A stretch of 64,000 nucleotides of DNA, taken from positions 1,627,987 through 1,691,986 of the forward strand of contig NW_003314279.1 of the NCBI RefSeq assembly GCF_000143415.4. Direction: 5' to 3'. Below the pieces are notes generated by a model. It was not told the DNA's origin. It did no database searches and saw only the letters and a program-made list of their open reading frames with translations. Both the position numbers and the translations under genes were made by a program. The number at the start of each line of letters is the position of its first letter. The first letter of the stretch is position 1. This DNA is from Selaginella moellendorffii (taxonomy: Eukaryota > Plantae > Lycopodiophyta). Positions 41,945 to 55,500 of the stretch are shown here, in pieces.

Positions 41945-43495
41945 TTAATTGAACTTTGCATAAGTACATAGAGTTCTGCCTTGCAGAAATTCCTCCACTA
42001 GATCTCGCGTGTTCGCTAGGTTCTCCTCCGGTTCCCATATCGCTTCGTAGTGTGGAAATCCTTTCCACTTCACATAGAACTCTCTCACCTCGTGTCCTTG
42101 TCGCTTGCTCTTGCGCGCATTGAGGATGGCCTTGACTTCGTATTCCTCTTCCCCTTGGATAACCTCAGGTAAAGGCCTTACTTGGTCTTTGCGAAGTGGA
42201 TCCTCAAAGTACGGCTTGAGTAAGTTCACGTGGAACACGGGGTGCATCTTCCCCATCTCTCAAGGAAGTCGGAGACGGTAAGCCACTTTACCGATTCGTG
42301 CCTCAATCTCATAAGGCCCTGCGAACCTGCTTAAGGAACTCAAGATCAATTCATTTATGAAATACATGCATTTTTACCTTTGGGTCAACTTCCGGCTGAT
42401 CCCACTTGGTAGCCTGAGGTTCTTGGTGTTCAACCACACCTTCTCCCCAGCTTGGAACTCTACGTCCCGGCACTTCTGGTTTGTGTACTTGGTTTGCCTT
42501 TGTTGAGCCCGTTCCAAGGAATCCCTCACTAGATTCCAAATGTTAAGTCTTTCCGCTGTGAATGCCTCCACTGCGGATAACTCTCCATGATACTCGGCCA
42601 CGCCGAGTTCCACAGGACCTTCAATAGCTCGCCCATTGATGACTTCCCATGGACTCACCCTGATGCTCGAATGTGGTGAGTTGTTATAACACATTTCCGC
42701 AAGTCCCAAATGACTTACCCAATCGGTCTGGTCTCCTGAGACATAGCATCGCAAATAATCCTCCAGCTGCCTATTCACCCTTTCCGTTTGTCTGTCTATC
42801 AAGAAGTGTTAGTGCCATCAACTTGACTTAATACCCCATACCTGTCTGTGGGTGATAGGCTTTGCTGAATTTCAACTTGGTGCAATACTATTCTAGGAGG
42901 GTTCTCCAGAACCTACTGGTGAAGATTTTATTTTGATCTGAGATAATCTCTTCTGGCCTTCCCCGCACTCGAACCACTTGTTCGAAGAACAGCTTCGCCA
43001 CACCTTCCGCATCCACTTCCGTTGTGGTGGGTATGAAATGTGCCATCTTCGAAAATCGATCCACCACCACGAATATCGCATCGAACCCCTCGCTTGGAAG
43101 GAGTCCCATGATGAAGTCCATCGTAAGACATTTCCACGGACGATCTGGAATTGGGATGCTTTGTAATAAGCCCCCACTAGCCTTAGTCATGGCTTTGACC
43201 TGCTGACATGTTGGACATGTCCTTACATAGTCTTGGACGTCCTTAACCATATCTAGCCAGTGGTACTTCCTCTTGAGTAAGCCCATTGTCTTGGGCACTC
43301 CGCCATGTCCCGCAAAAGGTCCGTCATGACACTCTTCTAAGGCTACCTTCCTTAGTTCCCCTTCCAGAACATACACCCTCGTTTGCTTATAATATATGAG
43401 TCTGTTGCGTTCCGCATAGCCCGTTTTCTCTTCTGTTAGCAACTCACCTCTCTGGTGAGCTTCCCGTGCCTCTAGATTCCTCAGAAACACTTCTT
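41945..43495 (-). pseudogene. Element B integrase plus chromodomain, containing two introns (42796-42841 and 42327-42377)
   Basis: HHCC (ECHD...GH...CPTC), MDF, VVVDRFSK, ISDQ, HPQT|D.QTERVN, KLTQR|FAGPY and a group I-type chromodomain. Contains in-frame stops. Confidence 0.9.
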
Positions 43496-43937
43496 AAGCT
43501 CTATTTCGTTAAAGTGGGAATTGTCATTATCCCACTTGTAAAATAAGGTTTCCAAACCTTTATATAGTATATAAATATAACAAAATTCAACTGCATTGAG
43601 GCACATGCCATTTTATTTTAAACAAGGAAATGTCTACTCAATCACTTCTCCTCCCCCTGCCACTGCTTCACCTCTCTCTTCTCCTTGTCATCGTCGTCCA
43701 ATTTCTTTCCATCCTTTTAATATTGGCTCAGTTGCTCCAAGTCTAGGTGGAGCCCAAGTCCTCATTCAATCTTTACTTTCCCCTTATTAATAAAATAACT
43801 TCGTAGACTTCCAATAACATGCTGTAACACTTCTAGTATAATGCAAATCCTCTTAAAGAATTGTCTTTTAATATTAATACAATGGCATGGAACCCCATGC
43901 CATAATAAGTTACATTTTTAAATAAATACATGCCATC

Positions 43938-46900
43938 TCAGACTGTTATTTTTTGCCTCCAACGCCTATACAATAATCTTGGAATTTCATCACTCTCCAC
44001 ACTATCAGGATTTAAACCCAATAGTAATGCCATCTCTTCTCTAATACGTCCACGCTCATGTTCAGTGGTCGAAGAACCCATCCGGTTGAGCAGATTATGG
44101 AGATGTGGATAGTGCTTGGCTAGACAATATACATGCCATAAATGATGACTGGTGTCTGTCCAATCAAATGGCTTCTGATATACCATTCCATCTGCCATTT
44201 GGTTGATTTCTGCAGCCACCTCCTGGACTGGCTGGTTCTCTATCACCATCGCTTCAAGCCGTTTTGCAAGGTCCCCCAGAACATACGGTTTCTTCTCCCT
44301 AGTTTCCATACTGCAAGAGATGGGATGCACTGCATATGTGTGCGTGTTTGCTGCAGTTTTAATCGGCGAGTCATCGATGATGAGGATTTCACTTGACCTA
44401 GCAGTCCAGTTCATCACTACAGCCTCTGGCTTGACGAAGATGGGCTTGCTACCCCTCACATGGACCATAGTCAAGCAATCCTCCTGCGTTAGGAGAAAGT
44501 CAAATAGTAATATTACTCGCGTCTGATCGTGCATCATCTGTAGCAACGTTAATGCATTGTGGCGCATCATGGATGTCCAAACTCCCAATTGCAAATTGAA
44601 CCCGGCCCTCTGTTTTAAGTGTCGCATGGTCATTATTAGATCCCATAGTTTCTCCCGTGTGATTAATGTGAATCTGTCTCTTTTGACCAACTTGCGGCCG
44701 CAGGCTTTGGAGGGTGCAGTGACATTCGAGGACGAGCCACGCTCATGGGAGAAAAGGACACCGTTCAGATAAAAAACGATACAGTACCTTCGCCGTGACT
44801 CTGAAATGAAATGCGTCAGCATAAAAAATAGTACAAGTCAATTTTACCATCTACAATATTAGCGAATGGTGCTCCCGATGGTCGTTGAGAGGGTTTTGGT
44901 CGAGGAAACGAGGGCGGAAATACTCTCCTCTGCAATGTGGGGTCAATCACATCCGATGACGTGTGGGCACATGCCATTTCAGCTGTAGACTTTGGTACAA
45001 CTGGCTCAACAGTGGCATGTGGTGGTTTCGATGGCGTGTGATCACATGCCATTTCAGCTGGTGCCTCCGTTGGCAAAGTGGACATGACTGAACAGGCAGC
45101 AGGGGCGGTGTAGGGAGGTTCCAACGGCGTGTAGTCAGACGATTGGGCACACGTTGGAAATGAGGATACGACCGGCTCGGCGGCTGGGGCGGCCTCATGC
45201 GGGTCCAATGGCGCCTGGTCACCGTCAATTGGATACGTGGACAAGATTGACTCAGTGGTATGGGCAGCATCAAGTGGAGCGTGGTCAGCTTGCTTGGCGT
45301 TGATATGGATAGTAGCCTCCACCAGCTCTGATGACTCTTGCAGGCAAGTAGAGTCCACTAGCGGATCCATATGCATGTCCAAATATCTCCCTTCGATTGA
45401 GATGGTATCCTCCCTACTGGCTACTAAAAACAAACTCATTAGCACATTGAATCGACTATACTGTATTTACCATCAACTGCTATTGAGGAACTAGGACCGA
45501 TATCACTTGGGTGCACTGCTGATTCTGAAGGATTGGACATACGTTTCGACCCTTGCTTGGCACTATCCTTCCTCGACACTAAAGGCTAGAGTTTGTATCT
45601 TAATTCAACTGAATAATCTCTACTTACCATTTCTTCTGCGAAATGTTAGAAATGGTAAAAGGTTAGGAATGGATGTACTATTATTTACCTGATGGTTTGT
45701 CTTGTATGACCTTCCTCCGCTGCTCTTTGGCCACCTCAGGCTGGCCATCGTTGTCATCATCGTCATCGTCGTTATTGTGATCGTCACCATTGTGAGGACC
45801 ATCCAAGTCCTCTTCGTCCTCCTCTTCTTCGTCCTCCTCTTCTTCGTCCTCCTCTTCTTTGTCCTTCTCTTCATCCTTCTGCTCTTCCTGCTCATTATCT
45901 TTCTCTGGCTCCTCATCCCCCTCCTGCATTTCTTCCATAGGCTGCTCAGGCTGGATGGCTTGTTCTTCCAGGACCATCTTGGGAAAATCATCTGGCCGAG
46001 TCTCCATCTCAAAATACAAGACATCCATAGCCTGTTTTAGTGCTTGACCTAGGACCGTATCCTCACCCGACTGTCTTAACATGGTTTCTGCACGTTCTTG
46101 CACCCTTCGAAGATGACGAGATAAGAAAAACGTGGCCCTAACTTGAAAAGCATCCCTCATCCATTGTACCTCTCCATTGAGATTGGGGAAGGGGAGTCCG
46201 CCATAGGAATCTGAGTCAGGAGGTGGTGACTGGCTCCTTTCACTCAGCCCTTGATCTGCAATGAATGGCATGAGCACACACGCCATAACCGCGAGGCATT
46301 ACCTATCATCTTTTCGTTGCCCTTCTTCCTTTTCGAATCAAACGCCTCTGATCCCGACGACTGTCCAACGTGCTTTCGCTTTTTATGACCACTGTCAGTT
46401 TGAGCTTGGCTGGTGCTTGCCTGTTTTGCCTTTGAAGAAGTGTCTCCTGCAAGGAATGGCATGAGACCACACGCCATTGCAAATATAATTTGTACCTCCT
46501 TTTTTCCTATTGCTTGTCTGTTTGTCCTTCTTCGACGCGCCACCAGTGCGCTTTTCAGTCCTCATGTCTGAATATTCACAACGATCTATAATCAAAATGG
46601 CGTGAGGCCTCACATGACCTTACCTTGTGCAGGTTGTGAGCTCGGCCTAACATCAGTAGCTGTTAACGCCGTTTCAGCATCTGGGGATGGCCACGCTCCT
46701 GCATACAGAGCTTGTGAGATAACATTTAAACTTAAAGTGCGTACTCACCAGGTTCGTAGAGAAGATACTGTTTTTCTTTGGCAACTGTAATTATATGCTC
46801 CATTGAAGTCACCTCTTCAATGGAGTTTGTCACCGCAACACACGGGACACCCTTGAGTAGTGCGGCTCGAAAGAATAGTCCGCCGCAGTTGTACTCGACA

Positions 46901-49544
46901 ACGCATTTGCCCTTGGAGTCACCCGCTATTGCATTGAAGACCCAGCTGAGCATTTTCCATGCTGCACCTGGAGCTTTCTTTGGATTCGAAAGCTCCATAG
47001 CTGTCTTCAGTTCCTCAGGCATGGGTAAATTGACCTCCCTCAGATCAATTCAATCGGCCTTGTTGAACGAAGCTGGGAAGTCACTCCAGTCCCACTCTGC
47101 TGCAGGACCAATAACAAGAGCGAGTGTGAAGATGCGGACATTCGTCGGTATCTTCTTCTTAGCCATTATCCCATGGATCTCCTGCATCTCCTTGCCTTTC
47201 AACCGAGCCTTCACCTCGTTCAAGGCCTTCCAGAACTTGTGATAGGATTCGGAGTCGTAGATCATATAGTGGACTGAAGATTCCACCTCCGCAAGTCCCA
47301 CCATTAAGTCAATGATGGAGCTGACTTCGTCTGCATGAGTGATCTCCTTGTTTGTGAAGTCCATCACACAAAAGATGTTCTTGACCTGCTCATCTCCGCG
47401 GGAAACGATGCTCCTCCACCTTTGATCCTCATCCGAATTCACGTATACCCGGTAAGGTTCTCGATAGGCCTCTGCTGCGGGGTCGAACTGTTTCTGAAGC
47501 TGGCGGTCGACATCCCTCTTAATGAAATTTGGATACTGATCCAACTTCTCAGCTTTACTTTTCGTGGCATCCCGCAGCAGATCGATGAACTTGGGGGCCC
47601 CCTTCACGTCCTCGTCGATGTCTTCATTTGACAACTCCAGCTCTTCCATCATCTCTTGCGTGGTGTCGATGCTCACCCTCTCCATGGCCACTTGCTCGAA
47701 GATCCAATCCTTCAATAGCGCACGAGCTCTCAGAGTCGTGCACAAGTCCTCGTATGTCACAATATGGCCGGGAGTCATTTTGGTCTTGTTGAAGACTACC
47801 TCACCACGTAGAAGAGCATTAGCCACTGTCAGAAGGTCGTCGTCGTCTAGAGACCGCGAGAAACGCAAGGCGTTGAGCTTCAAATCATTGGGCTTCCGGC
47901 CGTCCTCCACACCCATTGAGTTTAGCAACTCCCCGTCATGGTACCTCCTCAGCACATCTACCCATTTGTCAAAAACAACTTTTGTCGCGAGTAGAATGTT
48001 ATGGATGCTGAGTGTGTCATTGACCCCCAATGTTTTCGAGAGAAGACTCGAGAATTCCTGCAATGGAAATGGCGTGAGGCCACATGCTATGCCACATGCT
48101 ATGCCACATGCAACAAGGCTTACCTGCCAGGCGCTAGTTGCTAGTGCACGTCCTTGTCCTGGTTTTTGTGGCTTCTTCAGTTGAACCCAGAGCTTCCATG
48201 TTCGTGCCAATGTCTCGTGCAGACCCGATTTGTAGCACGTTTCTTGCTTGACATTCTGCGCGTGGGAGATGTATATGATAGATTGGAGGGGCGAGTTGCC
48301 TTTTATCAGGCGGACAACTCTTGTCTTGAAGACTTTCTTCACCTCCTCGCCCACCATAATATCCACAACTATCTGTTGCATTGCCAAGCTAGAATGCTGC
48401 CTGGAGACGGCATAGAACCGGATGTTCTGATCGTCCAACACCTTCCTACTGATCAAGTCTGGAAACCTCGTCTCGCCCTTCATTGTTCAGTAGTAGGGGA
48501 TCACGTCTGCGATGTCGGGTGTTACTGGACTTGCCAGCATCTTTTGCTTCAGTTTCTCCACCCACTCATCAGATACTAGCCTGTGGTTGTATTTGCTTTG
48601 GATGTCGATACGGCTCACGTCGATTGTATATACTTTGTTGGAATAGTAACAAGTACTATTATCTGCGACGATTTTTGGTGCCTCTTCTTGCTCTTTCTGC
48701 TCTTTGCGGCTCTTCTTTTTGGTGGGTGTAGTGTTCGAACCCGAGGCAATGGCATCACCGAGTAGCTTCTTTTTTGGAGCAGCAGAGTCGGACGTCGGCT
48801 TGAGCTTGACCACCCTTTTCTGCTTCGGGGTAGTTTCTAGATCGACCCCCTTCCCCTTCGCTTCGCAAACTGGAGGCACTCTCAACGGCTTAATGTTGGA
48901 ATATAGTTTTTGAACATCGCCGTAGGTGAGGTCCGTGGATTCCATGTGATCTTCATAGACCCGCAGCGTCTTTGAAATTGTGGGCCTCCTGGACAACCTC
49001 TCCCTAGCTCCCTCTAGGAATTCCTCATAGCCGCTGCCCCCCTCCGGGAAGCCGCTAGGATGTGCAAGGTGGATCTTGAAGGCGGACGCTGTCTCTACCA
49101 CAAGTGCCAGTCCATATTCTTGCATGGAACTGCATGGAGTGTCTGTCACTTGGATGAGGATCCCCATGCATTCTTTTCTCCCACCATCTGTGTTGTACAG
49201 CATCAGATCCTCGCCTTCCATCCCGAAAGTCTAACTGGTGAGCTCCTCCCCCTTCTCTGCATCCACATTGACAGTGGCTGGAAGAAGAACGCAATTCCTC
49301 GCCTGTTCAGAAATGCACAACAATTAGAGCTGACAGATGAAAAGCTAGCAGCTGGAAATAACGTGAGGCCACACGCCATTCACCACTGCATCAGATGTCT
49401 TGAGGCTGCATCCTAAGATGGCGTGAGGCTACACGCCATCTGTAACCAGATTGCACTCGAGAGCCCAATCGGTGCATGCCAATGTTGCTACTGAATGGCA
49501 TGTGGCCTCATGCCATTTTCTACTTGGCCTAAAAGACTTACCAT
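43938..49544 (-). pseudogene. Transposon cargo gene, 11 exons, ~1,640 aa: ParB/Srx-like domain, degenerate Rossmann methyltransferase-like region, acidic linker, FCP1/NIF HAD phosphatase-like domain
   Basis: Introns at 49303-49541, 48058-48123, 46699-46748, 46586-46623, 46447-46495, 46256-46302, 45636-45688, 45586-45627, ~45421-45470 and 44801-44847 all join in phase. Motifs are YNHRLVSDEWVEKLKQKM...FYAVSRQHSSLA, KCVVEYNCGGLFFRAALLKGVPCVAV, and IVFYLNGVL...LGVWTS...TQEDC...KPIFVK...IIDDSPIK. Three in-frame stops. Confidence 0.75.
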
Positions 49545-49774
49545 TTGAAGCCGAATGGAGGCCGTGACAATCGAGGCCGGACTCGCTGGCGAATGTGCAC
49601 TGTGTGTGTAGCGGATCGTAGCAGCAAGGCTACTCTGCCACTTACAGTTGGAGAGTGGCGCTGAAATCTCCCGGGACGCCAAGTGGGCTGCGTGTGGGTG
49701 GCGGAGTGGGCGGCAAAGTTGGCGGCGAAGTTACAAACTGGGTGTGTCTTGAAGTGGACGCAGATGCACACGAG

Positions 49775-50000
49775 CACGATGCGAGCGCGAGTGTGATGCA
49801 AGCGCGAGTGGACGCCGATGCATACGAGCGCGATGCGAGCGCGAGTGTGATGCAAGCGCGAGTGGACGCCGATGCACACAAGAAACCTGTAGAAAAGGTA
49901 GATGAGCGCGAATGTGAGCGTGATCGTGAGTGGGAGCGCGATGCGAGCGCAAGCGCGAGTGTGATGTGAGCGCGAGCGCGAGTGTGCGAGCGCGAGTACA
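49775..50000. repeat. CpG-rich tandem repeats upstream of the cargo gene
   Basis: The unit GATGCGAGCGCGAGTGTGATGCAAGCGCGAGTGGACGCCGATGCA occurs twice, followed by GAGCGC variants. Confidence 0.85.
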
Positions 50001-51215
50001 AAGCAAAATGCAAAACCTAACCTCACACGCGCGAAATGTCACAACGGTTGGTAATCCCGCCACATCATCATTCCTCGGACTTGGGTGCCACCATTAATTT
50101 CTGGATTGCCACACGCATGCAAGCACGTAAAATCCAAAAGAAATCCGCAACGTCATCATTCCTCGGACTGCATGCACGCGAAATCCAAAAGAAAGATCAT
50201 GATTGGGATATCATTTAATACCCTCGCTATATTTATACCATGCATGATTGGATATTCTAAAGCATCTTGTATTTCCAAAAATGCCAGATGTTCAGCTAAA
50301 TAAAGAAATTCTATCTGTTTCTATTTTTCTCTTAAATCAATATTATAGCGTGTGGGCTCATGCAATTTTGAACCAAAGAAACCCAAAAAACGTTGGACCC
50401 AAAATATTTTGAAAAAACCCAAAAAACCCTAAACATTTTAAACCAAAAAATCCAGGCATCCTGTGGCATTATTCCTTGAATGGCGTGTGGGCGCATGCCA
50501 TTTTCAGGGCCAAATGCTGAATGGAGAAAAATTCCCTTTCAGTGCAAATGCTGCAAGAGGCAGATGCCGAGCACAAAGGACTGTAACTACCTCATATGAC
50601 ACAAATAAACTTTTCTCTATTTGGCAAAGATAAACTTTATAGCGTGTGGGCTCATGCAATTTTGAACCCAAAAAATGCACCAAAAAATTCTCGGCGTCAT
50701 CTGGCGTTATCTCTTGAATGGCGTGGGGCCGCATGCCATTTTCAGGGGCACATAGGAGTATATTTCTAAAATATTCTGATATGCCCGAGATTTTTTTGAG
50801 TTTTCTGGAGATCCAACCGTTAGATCGCAACTAGATTTTACAGAATGGTATACAATGTCTTTCTTGATGACCCTGCAAAGAAGCATCTCGATCAGACACC
50901 ACATGAGACCACACGAGCCTTACAATGTTTCAGGGGCATTTGCCATAGATCCGACCGTTATTTTGCTCCAAGATTTTACAGTTTGGTGTGCATTGACCTT
51001 TCCATCGACACTGCAAAGGAACATCACAATCAGATGTGGGATCACAAAAAACTAACTTCACTAACTCTGGTTTCACCAAGATCTACGTAATGAGTTATGA
51101 AATGAAAGGACCCTCTCTATTGAAATGTGTTTATGGTCCTAGGGGCATTATGACATATCAAAGGATTTTGCATCAAGTTCTGTATTTGCATGTTTATCAA
51201 GCTACTGAATTGCTA

Positions 51216-51239
51216 AACCCTAAACCCTAAACCCTAAAC
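51216..51239. repeat. Telo-box-like (AAACCCT)3 inside the transposon intergenic region
   Basis: AAACCCTAAACCCTAAACCCTAAA. Confidence 0.7.
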
Positions 51240-52036
51240 ATGTGGCAAATGCTGCGTGAAGAAAGATGCCCTTTCTGGGCAAATGCTGTAAGAGGCAGAT
51301 GCCGAGCAGATGTATCTCAGGCTAGCGAAGGGGACAAACAAAAGCTAGCTATAAACATGACAGGATGCAAATAGATTACTAGGCTGGTCCTACGAAAATC
51401 AAAAACCATAATTAAAAACATTGAAAATGCAAAAAGAAAGGTTTATAATATTTTTGAATTTTAAGCAACCAAAGGAATGTAAGTAGGGCATGTGTTTGTA
51501 AGTTTAAAAATGCCTCAACCACTTAAATTCCCAAGTAAATAAAGCTGTTTCTATTTTTGGTACAGGTAAACTTTATAGCGTGTGGGCTCATGCAATTTTG
51601 AACCCAAAAATGCACCAAAAAATGCTCGACTAGCATTATTCTTTGAATGGCGTGTGGCCTTATATTGCCATAAATGGACGTACACACACAGCATAATTAT
51701 TCCTTTACACGGCAAATAATCTTGGCGCGGATCGTTGACATGGCATAGCAAAGTTCGAATCACTGACATGGCACAGCTGGATTGAGGCAAGGACATGATG
51801 TGACAAAGTTCAACCTCTGACAGCAAAGTCTAGAAGCTACTCAGTTTGAAATTTGTCAGAGGAATCATAAAATCTGGTTTGTCAGAGGATTTGATGTGAC
51901 GTTCAAGCGTGTGTTATTTTTGAATTCTCGAACTCATTCCTAGGTCTATCATTTTTGTGCGCCGTGTTCTTGGTTCCGCTGAGCGCAGTGAGCGCTGCTT
52001 GTGTAAGCGGCGTTGTGGGCTGTGGTTTATGCGTCT

Positions 52037-52170
52037 ACGAGCGGTTGCGGCATTGCGAGCGCCATTGCGAGCGGCAGTTTATGCGAGTGGCAGTTTGTGC
52101 GAGTGGCGCTACGAGCAGTTGCGGTGTTGCGAGCGGCGCTACTAGTAGTTGCGGTGTTGCGAGCGGCACT
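52037..52170. repeat. CpG-rich GCGAGCGGC repeats upstream of the transposase
   Basis: Repeated TGCGAGCGGC/TGCGAGTGGC units. Confidence 0.75.
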
Positions 52171-52533
52171 GTCTTTGGTGTGGCTACCGCTTCCTCTTGA
52201 TATTCGGCACTTGTGCTTCCTGGTATGTTCACCATGGAATGGCTTAGGACCACATTTAGAAATGGCATGAGGCCACATGCCATCTTGGGCCCTTGCAATT
52301 TCATGGCTAGCATATTGTCATGTATGTTTTTACTTGCCTACAGCTGTGTGTATATCAAGATGGCATGAGGCCTCATGCCAATTTTGTGAATGCGAAATTT
52401 CACGTGGGTGTCAATAGCATGTTTGAATAATGGCATGTGGCCTCATGCTATTGAGGTTGTTTGGTATGTTATGATTTAGGCCATTCTCCAATCATTTTTT
52501 GTATGGTCTTAACTTCTTTTCTGCACTTTCAGA

Positions 52534-55500
52534 ATGGCCTTCAGGGTTGGGGAAAAGGTTTACATTTTGAATGGTGGGAAGAGAGTTGCAAAAGGGACCC
52601 TTGTGTCTATGGATCGGAACTTTGTTATACACTGTCAAAGGCTTGGGGAAGGCAATGCTGCTGTATCAGTAGAGACTGTCTTCGATGGGAATGTGGTCGC
52701 TATTGAACGAGGAGAGATGGTTGTCGGGGTAAATGTTGTTGTTGCCTTGAAAAATCTTCAGAAGAAAGCAGATGTTGGGGACAGCGCAAGTGCGACGCAT
52801 GTTCCCTCCGTGGATCTTAAGAACCGTGCTACATGGATTCAGGCGAAGGTGTTTCTAAACAACCCCGAGGGGGAGGTGGTAGCTGAGGGCTTAGCCACAG
52901 TTGTCAATCCAAGAGATGCGGTTGCTAATCAAGAATTGGGCTGGGATGATATTGGAGTTGCGATTTTAGAGGTTGTTGACACAGAAAAAAACAGTCTGAC
53001 CATTGGAAGCATTGTGCGGTGGAAATTGAGGCACTTAGTGTTTGAGAATGTGAAAGATTCAAAATCAAACACCACTACAACTGATGACAGAACATCTCTT
53101 CATGGGAAAAGAAAGTACACCTTCCTAAAGCGCAGCCAAAGGGATCTGAGCAACGAACCGAAAAGGCAGAAAATGGCGATGGAGGTTCGAATGGTCTCGA
53201 CAGTTGCTTGTTGCAAGAGGAGGTGCTGTCAACATGCTGATTGGGATGCTATTGAAGAGGAGAGAGCAAGATACAAGACATTGTCCTGGAAGGCAGCTCG
53301 CAATTTTGTGTATGAGGCATTACGGTCATCTGTTGATGCTTCAGAACATCAGGTGGGGGGCATGGTCTTCCAGAGGGGTTTGGTCTGCATGAAGGGATGG
53401 AGAATCATTTATGGAGTCCCTCGAACCACATTCTACAGAATCAAAACTGAGTTTGAGGAACAAAGGGTTCAACAGGCAGTCCATGGGAATGACGGTACGC
53501 ACAAAACCAGGGGTCATGTTGTATATGGAGAAGCAATCTTCAAGAGGTTTGTTGAGACATGTAGCGAGCAGCAACCACATAAAACCCGCCTCTTGGAAGA
53601 TGGAACACGAGACACCCAACGAGTTCTCCCTTCTATGTATACCAAGGGGGCCATATTGGAAGATGTGAATCGGGAACTCCAGAGTAATGGCTACAGGAAG
53701 CTGAGCCAATCTAGATTTAGTAGATTGTGGAGCAACAGGTTCAGGGATGTGAGTATAGGAAAGTACTCCAGCTTTTCAAAGTGTGACGAGTGCACTACTA
53801 TCAAAGAATCGAAGAACTACTATCGAAGAATTCTTGCAGCGCTCAAGAGCGAGAGACGTTGGTTAGAAGGCGGCTCGACCACAACATCGAGTAGAGAAGC
53901 TGCAGGACTGCATATTATCATAACAGGATTCTCTCCATGGAGAGACCTGACTCTTACCTCTGCATCATCCACGACAAAATGGACCAGAAAAAGACATGCT
54001 TACCTCGACTCAATCCTGCCCCCAAGGCAATCTCTTCATCCATGCAGCTGCCTGTGTCTCTGTTTGGCATAATCGCTCATGGGCATGGTGCCCAGAACTA
54101 TGGGAACTTCTTTGTACCTCTATGGGGTGGCGGGGGTGCAAACATGATGATTGCGTCCCTAGCAAAACACTTAAGGTCTTTGCAAAGTGCGCAGACTGAG
54201 CTGAACGGCCAACCCTTGCATAAGGCCCTTGTCGATCGAACCCCATACAGGGTTCAGCTGGAGGAGGAGCAAAGGCTTGCAGTATCACGTGGGGCCCCAT
54301 GCCATCCCAGTGAATATGTTGGCCGTCAGATTGTAGGGTTATCACGTGAGGCCTCATGCCATTCCGACGAGGCTGGTCGCCCGGTGAATGCACAGCCTCA
54401 TCCAAACGAAGCAGAATCTCAAGGAAGTTCTTGCGGCCGATGTGGCCTTCCACCCCATCTTCTGCTCCAAACAGACAATGCTGGCAGTGAGAACAAAAAC
54501 ATGTACGTCTTCGCGTACTTGGCGATGCTTGTTGCCAAAGGCATATTTGAAACGGTTACACTTGGCTTTCTCATGGTTGGGCACACTCATGAAGACGTCG
54601 ATGCCATGTTCAGTCACCTGGCAGAGTCCCTCCGGCGATCCAATGTCCTCACCCTCCCACAACTCTACGATGAATTCCAAAATTGCATCAAAGGCACTGT
54701 TGAAGCTGCACTTTTGACAGAGGTTCCAGACTTTAAGGGGTTTGTAAGAGGCTATATCAGGGACGGATCCGAAACGCTGATTGGCCACTCCAAGCCTCTT
54801 CAGTTTCATTTCAGCATGTGTGACGGTGCTCCAGTGATGAGGTACAAGATGAGAGAATAGGACACAGTGTGGCTGCCAGTGGACGGCATTGAACTCTTCA
54901 AGAGAGATCCCATAACTGAGGAATCTATGATTCCTCAGGGTTCCCCACGGCCGATGCACCCGGATGGACTCAAAGACCAGGAAAGTATAGTGGCCGGGAT
55001 TAGACAGCATATTGCCTTCTGGAAGAGGGGGTTGGTGTTTGGTGGAGAATCCTATTTTCAGAGGTCCAAGCCTTTGCTCGAATACTGGGAGAAGATTATA
55101 TCTGCTATCCAAAATGGGCCGGTTGTATATGAAGAATTGGAAGAGTCCTTTTGGCCAGAACCCAGAGCACCAGATAGTAGCGGAACAATGTCCTCTGGAA
55201 ATGCAGTGACAGATAACGATGTTGAGGATCACTATTGTGGGCCGAGGAACAAGAAGCCGGATTCAGCATTCAATCCAGTACAGGTCTGCAAAGGAATGGT
55301 CGTGCTTGTCAGACCCAGTAATAAAAAACAAATGATATGGGTGGGGCGCTACATCACTGATGCAGAGGAGGATGCGGAAACTAACTCCTTCAATGTAACT
55401 GTGGAGTGGTTCAAGCCAAGTTCCAGATATACGAAGGATTGCCTAGAAAAGAGATGGGTGCTGAATCCAAGGGATCCCAGCATGAGCATATCGGTGGATA

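Noticed and set aside
46256-46623. CRISPR-like reading of the palindromic repeats
   Set aside because: Irregular spacing, degenerate copies, eukaryotic context and no cas genes.
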